Positions 54,911 to 64,000 of a DNA stretch of 64,000 nucleotides are shown here, one piece after another (the stretch's first letter is position 1; every line of letters begins with the position of its first letter). The translations under genes and the position numbers were made by a program. The stretch is taken from positions 1,426,001 through 1,490,000 of the forward strand of contig OX597843.1 of the NCBI GenBank assembly GCA_951406725.2, given 5' to 3'. A model generated the notes under the pieces. That model was not told where the DNA came from, did not search any database, and saw only the letters and a program-made list of their open reading frames with translations. This DNA comes from Octopus vulgaris (Eukaryota).

Positions 54911-56496
54911 CCTATCTATCTCTATCTGTCTTTCTATCTATCTCTCTACCTATCTATCTATCTATCTATCTCTCTACCTCTCCATCTATCTATCTCTATC
55001 TATCTCTCTATCTATCTTCACTCTCAGTCTGTCTCTACACTATCTCTCACACTTATTTCTCTTTTTCTCTTTCCAGACCCACAAAAAGAACAAAGATGAA
55101 AAAATGAAAGAACTCCTTGGTGATGTGAGTAGAATCTTTTTTTTTTGTCATTGCCATTTGTATTTATGCCGGTGGCACGTAAAAAGCACCCACTACACTC
55201 ACGGAGTGGTTGGCGTTAGGAAGGTCATCCAGCTGTAGAAACACTGCCAGATCTGACTGGCCTGGTGCAGCCTCCTGGCTTCCCAGACCCCGGTTGAACC
55301 ATCCAACCCGTGCTAGCACGGAAAACGGACGTTAAACGATGATGATGAGGAGGAGGTAGTGAGGTAAAAAGCACCCACTACACTCACGGAGTGGTTGGCG
55401 TTAGGAAGGGCATCCAGCTGTAGAAACACTGCCAGATCAGACTGGAGCCTGGTGCAGCCTTCTGGCTTCCCAGACCCCGGTTGAACCGTCCAACCCGTGC
55501 TAGCATGGAAAACGGACGTTAAACGATGATGATGATGATGATATGTGGTGTGCAAGAGAGATGACTGCACTGGTATGGCCATGTGATGCATATGGATGGA
55601 GACAGCTGTGTAAAGAAGTGCCAATCTCTAACTGTGGAGGAAACCTGTGGTAGAGGTAGACCCAGGACAAGGTGGCGAAACATGATCTTCGAATATTGGG
55701 CCTCACAGAGGTGATGGCAAATGACCGAGACCTTTGGCGATAATGCCGTGCTTGAGAAGACTCATCAAGTGAAGTGCAATCATAGTCGTGGCTGATGCTG
55801 GTTCCACATAACAGACATCTGTGCCGGTGGCACGTAAAGAGCACACATTACACTCTTGGAGTAGCTTGGTGTTGGGAAACGAGATCCAGCCATAGAAACC
55901 GTGCCAAATCATACTGGAACTTGGTGTTCCAGTCAAGCCATCCAACCCATACCAGCTTGATAAGCAGAAGCTAAATGATGATTTATTTTTAATATACACG
56001 ATAGAGGCAATACTGAATTAAAATAGCAATCCATATACTATACCGAATGTTTAAATGTATATACACTGTTGATAGGCCGAATACTACAGTATTTACATTA
56101 TTTGCATTGGATGGATATGTGTCCTGACTTTCTTTGTTGTTACCACGATGTTTCAGCTGGTGTACTCTCCAGCCTTCATCAGGTGTCCTGGTGGAATTTT
56201 GAACCCAAGGTGGCGAGCTGGCAGAAACATTAGCACGGTAGGTGAAATGCCTAGCGGTATTTCGTCTGCCGTTAGGTTGTGAGTTCAAATTCCACTGAGG
56301 TCGACTTTGCCTTTCATCCTTTCGGGGGTCGATAAAATTAAGTACCAGTTATGCACTGGGGTCGATGTAATCGACTTAATACCTATGTCTGTCCTTGTTT
56401 GTCCACTCTATGTTTAGCCCCTTGTGGGTAATAAAGAAATAGGAATTTTGAACCCAACCCTTTATTTGACTAATGGGGTAGTAGTAGTAGTAGTAA

Positions 56497-56529
<33 letters not shown>

Positions 56530-58494
56530 GCAGCAATAGTGCGCCCAATACATTTAAGTTTTTTGGTCCTTTTCAATGACTGAAACTTTAGCCAGACATA
56601 TTTTGACACAAGAATTCATCTCTTCTGATACTTTTTCTGTTTTTAACACAGCTTAACCATTAAGCAAAATAAGCACATACTTAAAGCATCGAGGGAAGAG
56701 TGTGGGGTGGGGCACCAAAGAAATGGTAAATGGTTTACAACACAAAAGAAATCACTTTAACCCTTCAGTATTCAGATTACTCTGCCAAATGTAAAGCCTA
56801 TTTATTCACCTTATTTTGAATTTATCCTGCATTATCTTGTAGCCTTGAGATTTCAACGATGCGATTATTTACTTTTGGACTGACACTTTAGGGTAGGTAT
56901 GAAAAGCTGGATCTAGCCAGTTTGACCATAAAACAGATAGAATATTTTATCTGAATATGGCTGGCTTAAATGCTAATGAGTTAAACTTGCTAAAATAATG
57001 ATAGTGTGGAGGCACGTGGCCTAGTCGTTAGAGCAGCGGACTCGCGGTTGAGGGATCGCGGGTTTGAATCTCAGACCGGGCGATGTTTGTGTTTATGAGT
57101 GAAAACACCTAAGCTCCATGCGGCTCCAGCAGAAGGTAATGGCGAAACTTCTGCTGACTCTTTCTTCACAACTTTCTCTCACTCTTTCCTCCTGCATCTC
57201 GCAGCTCATCTGCGACAGACCGGCGTCCCATCCAGGTGGGGAACATCTACGCCAAGGAAACCGGGAAACCGGCCCTTATGAGCCAAGCATGGCTCAAGAA
57301 GGAACATTGTGGAGGCACATGGCCTAGTGGTTAGAGCAGTGGACTCGCGGTCGAGGGATCGCAGGTTCGAATCTCAGACCGAGCGATGTGTGTGTTTATG
57401 AGCGAAATACCTAAGCTCCACGCGGCTCCAGCAGAAAGTAATGGTGAACGTCTGCTGACTCTTTCGCCACAACTTTCTCTCACTCTTTCCTCCTGCATCT
57501 TGCAGCTCACCTGCGACGGACCGGCGTCCCATCCAGGTGGGAAACCTATACGCCAAGAAACCGGGAAACCAGCCTTTATGAGCCTGGCATGGCTCAAGAA
57601 GGAACAGTGTGGAGGCACATGGCCTAGTGGTTAGAGCAGTGGACTCGCGGTCGAGGGATCGCGGGTTTGAACCTCAGACCGGACGATGTGTGTGTTTATG
57701 AGCGAAATACCTAAGCTCCACGCGGATCCGGCAGAAGGTAATGGCGAAACTTCTGCTGACTCTTTCGCCACAACTTTCTCTCACTCTTTCCTCCTGCATC
57801 TTGCAGCTCACCTGCGACGGACTGGCGTCCCGTCCCGGTGGGGGAACCTATATGCCAAGAAACCAGGAAACCGGCCCTTATGAACCAGGCATGGCTCGAG
57901 AAGGTACAAACAACAACAAAATAATGATAGTGGTGTTGATGTTTGTGATGATGGTGATGATGATGACAGTTATTATTATGGGAATGATGGTGATGATGAT
58001 GATGATAAACCAGACAAGAGATTATGTCTGTCATTAATTATTTAGTCATTTACCATTTTTGTTCTTTCTCTTTTATTCAGCTTTATGAGAATTCTGAGTT
58101 TTTGGAATTCCTGGAAGCGCACAAGTTGTCTGGAAAAGGGGCCAAGAATATGTGGAGCAACGACACAATAGAATTCCTTAAGAAGTCATTCGATTCACAG
58201 AACAAGAACAAAGGAACAGCTGAAGCATCTGAGGTTGTCTTTGATGATTCTGGTAATGAATCAGCAGATGATGAATACGAAACCATGGCTAAAAATAGTA
58301 AGCCTCTACTATGTCTTTCTTCCATCTTTCATGTCTGCAAAACAAATCACTTTTCTCAGTTTTTTCTTCTATATAAGCACAGGCATGGCATGGCACTTTG
58401 AACTACTCTGTTCTACTATCGTCTCAGGTTAACAAAGGAATTATATGTGGACATGGTTGAAAGAAAGTGAAGAGGCTTTTAGTGTGTATGTGTA

Positions 58495-58537
<43 letters not shown>

Positions 58538-61500
58538 ATAAGAAAACGGAGGAATAGATTTCTTTCAATCATCAACTTTCAGATAATACCAATTCATATA
58601 ATTTATTAACTAATTATTTGGATTAAATAGGAACATCCAAATCCAACAGAATAAGACAGAATAAAACAATATACATCAATAAGTAAGATAATACCATAAG
58701 AATAATACATATAAAATGGATCTTAGAGCTGTTTCAGCCTGTAGATAAGGGTATCTCATTATGCCCATATTAGTCAGATGCATTGAGGTAATATGCAGTT
58801 AAAAATGAGTTACTTATATATATATCTCAAGGCCTCATATCCAAGTATATATATATATATATATATATAAATATATGCATATATACATACATATATGTAC
58901 ATACCTACATCTATATGTATATATACATGCATATATGGGTACAGCACATCAAAAAAACGTTGAACACAATGAGAAATGAAAACATAAAAACAAAAACATG
59001 GAAACAAACTTTTTTCCAAACAACGAAAAAACAGAATACAAGACAATCATGAGCTGATTGCCCCTAACCACTAAGCCATGTGCCTTCACAGTATAACATT
59101 ACATATATATTACTCTTACTCTTTTACTTGTTTCAGTCATTTGACTGCGGCCATGCTGGAGCACTGCCTTTAATCGAGCAACTCGACCCCGGGACTTACT
59201 CTTTTGTAAGCCCAGTACTTATTCTATCAGTCTCTTTTGCCGAACTGCTAAGTAACGGGGACGTAAACACACCAGCATCGGTTGTCAAGCAATGCTAGGG
59301 GAACAAACACAGACACACAAACACACACATGCATATATATATATATATATATATATATACGACGGGCTTCTTTCAGTTTCCATCTACCAAATCCACTCAC
59401 AAGGCTTTGGTCGGCCCGAGGCTATAGCAGAAGACACTTGCCCAAGATGCCACGCAGTGGGACTGAACCCGGAACCATGTGGTTGGTAAGCAAGCTACTT
59501 ACCACACAGCCACTCCTGCGCCTGTTGAGGAAGTATTCCGACCACCCCCATGTGACTAAAATTGAACTGAGACATTTCTGTTAAACAGACAACTGTCCGG
59601 TCATCAACAGTTCATGTTGGTCAAAGTTCAGTGAGCCTTTGATAATAGTAATAGTAGTGTATTGTGTTTATACTTTCTTCCCACCTGCTTTGTTATATTA
59701 TATATCCAATGCAAGGATCATCATCATCATCATCATTTAGCGTCCGCTTTCCATGCTAGCATGGGTTGGACGGTTCAACTGGGGTCTGGGAAGCCATAAG
59801 GCTGTACCAGACTCCAGTCTGATCTGTCAGTGTTTCTATGGCTGGATGCTCTTCCTAACGCCAACCACTCCATGAGTGTAGTGGGTGCTTTTTACGTGCC
59901 ACCGACACAGGTGCCAGACGAGGCTGGCAAACGGCCACGGTCGGATGGTGCTTTAACATATTTGTTTTTTTATGATCCATCATGTAAAAAGCACACAGCA
60001 TACTCTGTAGTGTGGTTGGCATTAGGAAGGGCATCCACCTGTAGAAACCATGCCACAACAGACAACTGGAGTTTGGAAAGCTCCCTGCCAGCCAGTTCCA
60101 TGTCAAACTGTCTAACCCATGCCAGCATGGAAAACAGATATTAAACGATGATGATGGTGGTGATGATGATGGTGGTGGTGGTGTAGATGATGATGAAGAA
60201 GAAGAAGAAACACTAGCTTAATGAAAAAATTATTTTACTAAATCCTGCCAAATCAGGATTATTTTAAAAATTAATTAACGCACATAATTAATATCTCATT
60301 AGAACTTTAATCACAAAAGCTATAACAATTAAAACTATATTAAAATATAATTTTATCACATGAATCGTATTTTTTTTTTTGTGATTATTCCAGCCAGTGG
60401 TGACCATTCAGTAGGAAAGACAACACCAAGAGATCCCCTTGAGAATAAAATGACCGAAGATCCTAAGGTGATGTTATTATTATTATTATCTAATATTGTT
60501 GTTTAGCCCCTGATTTGCCCTGATTCAAAAGATCTATGAGCATAGGGCCCACGACACATTTTAACGCCCATAATCATTTGTGTTTTCTTTTTTTATTTTT
60601 ATTATTCCACAGCCTGAAACCCAACCAGTAAGATACTCCGTTCGATTGAAGGGCCTCACTGGTCGGTATCACTCTGTAAGTATGCGTTAGTCTTTTTTGT
60701 AATGATATTGGGCTGTTTTTGTGGGGGTCTTCTCAGGGACAGCAGAGTGGCTGCCAAAAGAGTAAAGGAGTGACTGGACATTCCATGTAGCATCACGAAT
60801 TTTGTCACATTAGATGATTTCTCAAATGGTCATGTGGGTTGCACTGATCCTTTCCAATGTTGGGTAGCCTGGTTTCTTCTGGTCAGTGTTGTAACAAACT
60901 GAGGGTTCTTCTGGGCTGGTTGTTGATTCTCCACAGAATCATCAGATGAGTCTGTGTATACACAAATATATACATTCTGCAAAGACTATTTTCCTAGATG
61001 TCTACAGAGAATGAGTGGAGATGAGGAGATGAACCAGATATAGTTTGGCAAATGTATCCTCCTGTTTTAGAGTCTTTTTTTCGGTGGTGGGCAGGGGACA
61101 TTTACACATTTTATCAATCTTAGAGTACTGCTAAAGAATATATATATTTTTTTTTTTGAAATTTCAGGACACTATAAAGGAGTTCTTCTACCCCATCAAA
61201 GTGAAACAAGTCCACATACCCCGTGGTCTCAATCACAGACAATTTGGTGAGTAAACAGTTTGGGATAAACCAGTTGTTGTTCATGGGTGAGGTTGATGGT
61301 GGTAGTGTTGGTGGTGGTGGTAGTGTTGGTGGTGGTGGTGGTGTTGTACAATACAGAAGAAGCAGCAGCAGCATTGGTTATAGTGGCTAAGTGATCAAGA
61401 AGTTTGCTTTGCAACCACAAGTTCCCAGGTTCAGTTCCACTGTGTGCATCTTAAACAATGTGTCCTTTACAGTAAGCCCCAAAGCAATCAAATCTCGTCA

Positions 61501-62522
61501 GTGAAACCAAACTGTTTGAGTGGATTATTGTTGTAATTCAAAAAGCACAGCTTTGTCACTCCCCAAGTCATGCTAATCCTCTCTAAGTGTTTCTGTGGAA
61601 TACTCAGCCAGGTTAACCATAAATTTCAAGAGGTAAGTTATTGAGTATTTTGGTTGCAAAATTGAATATTAGTCACTGAAATCAAAAGAGGGTCCCCCTC
61701 TATACTTTGTATAATCATCCTTTCTACTATAGGTACAGGGCCTGAAATTTTGCGGGAGGGGGTTTAGTTGTGTGGTACTTATTTCGTTGACTCCGAAAGG
61801 ATGAAAGGCAAAGTCGACCTCAGTGAACTTTGCACTTTAAAGGAAGCAGGGAGTCAAATGAAATAAAATCTGTGTCTGTCTGTTTTAGGTATCGTGTTTG
61901 CTGAATTCTTTAATCCTGAAGATGTAAAAATGGCCATGGAGAAACAAGGGAAGTTTATCAGTGAGTTGAACCCTTCACTTTGCCAGTCACTGTTCTGTTA
62001 TCTTGCTTTTATTATCTCATACCATTCTCTTTCCCCTCTCTCTCTTTCTCTCCCTGTCTCACTCTTTTTCTCCACCTCTCTCTCTCTCTATATATATATA
62101 TATATGTATGTATATATATATTATATATATATATGTATGTATATATATATTATATATATATATTATATATATATATATGTATGTATATATATATTATATA
62201 TATATATGTATGTATATATATATTATATATATATATATGTATGTATATATATATTATATATATATATATATGTATGTATATATATGTGGTTGGTAAGCAA
62301 GCTACTTACCACACAGCCACTCCTGCGCCTATAATCAATATATATAATCAATAATTATATTTGAAGAATCTATCTTGTTATTTTGTCTCTAAAATTTTTT
62401 TGTTGCCAACTTCCCATCAAGATGGTGCCAAGATCACATTGAAGGAAACTGTAACCGGTGATGATGATGATGATGGTGGTGGTGGTGGACATTCATACAA
62501 GAAGACTGCTGCTGAACTAAAA
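51006..62522 (+). CDS. RBM19: RNA-binding protein 19 (MRD1-like multi-RRM pre-rRNA processing factor), 5' part, 10 exons, about 339 aa in window
   Basis: The spliced product MSRLIVKNLPKNMTQERLQEIFGVKGHITNCNLKYTKDGIFRKFAFIGYQKAEDCTEAIKYFNKTFVDTSKIQVEPAYDLGDANKPRSWSKYS matches the RBM19/Mrd1 RRM1 as recalled. It continues with the EFLEFL...WSND linker and RRM2. All junctions are GT-AG and in phase. Confidence 0.93.
52340..52952 (-). mobile_element. RTE-clade LINE 3' fragment
   Basis: QRRMRWLRHVSRMKDGRIPKDILYGELARGTRSVGRPFLRYKDVCKRD followed by a (CCAA)n tail. Confidence 0.85.
53135..53572. repeat. Near-perfect palindrome of about 438 bp (3-nt loop GCT at 53353-53355)
   Basis: Arms are reverse complements with only a few mismatches and one indel. 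Confidence 0.95.
53432..53513 (+). ncRNA. Hammerhead-like motif inside a long palindrome (mirror copy on the minus strand at about 53194-53276)
   Basis: TTTTC-CTGATGA-aaatCTGCATA...TATGCAGccttc-GAAA-CATATG-TT-GAGAA. Confidence 0.55.
53810..53992 (+). CDS. RBM19: RBM19 exon 2 (RRM1 core)
   Basis: Acceptor ttccag, donor GTAAGA, 183 nt. Contains the RNP1-like RKFAFIGY. Confidence 0.95.
54564..54707 (+). CDS. RBM19: RBM19 exon 3 (VEPAYDLGDANKPRSWSKYS...)
   Basis: Acceptor ttttccag, donor GTACTT, 144 nt. Confidence 0.9.
55077..55124 (+). CDS. RBM19: RBM19 exon 4 (THKKNKDEKMKELLGD)
   Basis: Polypyrimidine tract plus CAG, donor GTGAGT, 48 nt. Confidence 0.85.
56144..56186 (-). ncRNA. Degenerate minimal hammerhead-like motif
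   Basis: Minus strand: CAC-CTGATGA-agGCTGG/agagtaca/CCAGCt-GAAA-CATCGTG. Confidence 0.45.
56757..56984 (+). mobile_element. piggyBac-like MITE containing one diverged copy of the 108-bp satellite unit
   Basis: TTAA-CCCTTCAGTATT...AATGCTAATGAG-TTAA ends with the satellite monomer inside. Confidence 0.6.
57008..57918 (+). mobile_element. Three head-to-tail copies of SINE family C (about 300 bp each)
   Basis: Heads at about 57008, 57311 and 57611. Confidence 0.88.
58081..58297 (+). CDS. RBM19: RBM19 exon 5 (LYENSEFLEFLEAHK...WSND...)
   Basis: Acceptor ttattcag, donor GTAAGC, 217 nt, phase 0 to 1. Confidence 0.9.
60394..60467 (+). CDS. RBM19: RBM19 exon 6 (linker)
   Basis: Acceptor ttccag, donor GTGATG, 74 nt, phase 1 to 0, which bridges exons 5 and 7. 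Confidence 0.75.
60613..60675 (+). CDS. RBM19: RBM19 exon 7 (PETQPVRYSVRLKGLTGRYHS, start of RRM2)
   Basis: Acceptor ccacag, donor GTAAGT, 63 nt. VRLKGL is RNP2-like. Confidence 0.85.
61168..61246 (+). CDS. RBM19: RBM19 exon 8 (DTIKEFFYPIKVKQVHIPRGLNHRQF)
   Basis: Acceptor tttcag, donor GTGAGT, 79 nt, phase 0 to 1. Confidence 0.88.
61889..61960 (+). CDS. RBM19: RBM19 exon 9 (GIVFAEFFNPEDVKMAMEKQGKFI)
   Basis: Acceptor ttttag, donor GTGAGT, 72 nt. GIVFAEF is RNP1-like. Confidence 0.88.
62422..62522 (+). CDS. RBM19: RBM19 exon 10 (NGAKITLKETVTGDDDDDGGGGGHSYKKTAAELK)
   Basis: AAG acceptor, donor GTAAGC, 101 nt, phase 1 to 0. Completes RRM2 beta4. Confidence 0.75.
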
Positions 62523-64000
62523 GTAAGCTTTAAAATTTCTCACCAGTTTTGGTTCTTAGTATCTTGGTCAGTGTTTTTCTCCTTTCTTAGTCGATAAAAG
62601 GCAAAGTCGACTTTGGAGGAATTTGAACTCAGAACATATTCTGAGTTCAAATTCCTCCAAAATCGACTTCGCCTTTCATCCATTTGGGGTTAATGAATTT
62701 AGTGCCAGTAAAACACTGGGGTCATTGTAATTGACTAGTTCCCTCCTCCAAAATTTCATGGCCTTATGCCTTCACTACAAAGAATTATTATTACCTCTGC
62801 CTTAGCTAAGGCGGAGATGTAGTTTCCAGTCATGTTTCTTTGTTTGTCCATGGACAAGATATCTCAGGAAGGTGGCGAGCAGACAGCATCGTTAGCACGT
62901 CGGGCGAAATGCTTAGCGGTATTTCGTCTGCCGTTCTGAGTTCAAATTCCGCCGAGGTCGACTTTACCTTTCATCCTTTCGGGATCGATAAATTAAGTAC
63001 CAGTTACACACTGGGGTCGATATAATCGACTCAATCCTTTTGACTGTCCTTGTTTGTCCCCTCTGTGTTTAGCCCCTTGTGGGTAGTAAAGAAGTAGGTA
63101 TTTCGTCTGCCGTTACATTCTGAGTACAAATTCCACCGAGGTCGACTTTACCTTTCATCCTTTCGGGGTCGATTAAATAAGTCCCAGTTATGCACTGGGG
63201 TCGATATAATCTGCTTAATCTGTTTGTCTGTCCTTGTTTGTCCTCTCTGTGTTTAGCCCCTTGTGAGCAGTAAAGAAATAGAGATCTCAGGAACTGCTGG
63301 ATGGATTCGGATGACACTTTGGCTTCATGTCTGGCTCAAACTGATTAGATTTTGGGATCAATCCAGTACCGGAAAATGCTTCTGGATTATTTTTCCAGTT
63401 TTTTAACTTAATTTTTCAGAATGGTCAGGTTCATTTTTAGTATTTTCGTTTGTGAGAGCAGTCCAGTTTTATTTCAGATATTCTCATTTTAAAAATCATC
63501 TCTGGCTAATCATTGAGAAGACGTTGGTGTTGCCTTGATGGAGGTTTGCACTCTCTGAGTGCTCTTGTTATAATCATTAAGGTGACAAACTGGCAGAGTT
63601 GTTAGCATTCCAGGCAAAATGCTTAGCATTTCATCCATCTTCACATTTATTGTGTGTCATGTTTAATGCCCCATTTTTGTGTCATGGAATTTCACACAAC
63701 ATGGACCAAATTTCTTCTTAAGAAAAAATATATATTCATATAAATTAAACATTATATCATGAATAGCGATAGCGAAACCGGTCGATATATTAAAAATTAT
63801 ATTAAAACCATGTAAGTGTGCGTATTTTCCTTTTTTAATTCCTTATATACATTACAAGTCACCACGTGGGGGCAACCAAAATTCCTCTTTTCTGTTACTA
63901 CTACTATATATATATATTTAATAAACCATGTATTATGTTCCATTTGATAGACTATTCATTATGTGTTGTGGTCAGTAGACCATCTAGTGTGTGTCATGTT

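Noticed and set aside
54084-55238. 384-aa ORF as a single gene
   Set aside because: Read-through of RBM19 exons 3 and 4 plus intronic SINE and microsatellite sequence.

Overview
Repeat-rich, AT-rich eukaryotic (animal) genomic DNA. The SINE families and microsatellite load resemble a coleoid cephalopod such as Octopus; this is inferred, not proven. Most ORFs in the supplied track are artefacts of microsatellites and SINEs. Two spliced genes can be assembled by hand with canonical GT-AG junctions and consistent exon phases. (1) A minus-strand gene (coding exons 15593 to 2997, 3' end unresolved) encodes an N-terminal TIR domain that keeps the putative catalytic Glu, an acidic linker, a helical/EF-hand-like segment and HEAT-like repeats. 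(2) A plus-strand RBM19/MRD1 orthologue has 10 exons from 51006 to 62522 and continues past the window. Introns and intergenic DNA hold tRNA-derived SINEs, LINE fragments, MITEs (piggyBac-like, mariner-like, GG-TIR), a tandem non-autonomous Helitron and a 108-bp satellite derived from a MITE. There are also several long hairpins and multiple hammerhead-ribozyme-like motifs of the kind carried by Penelope-like elements. Repeat boundaries are approximate.
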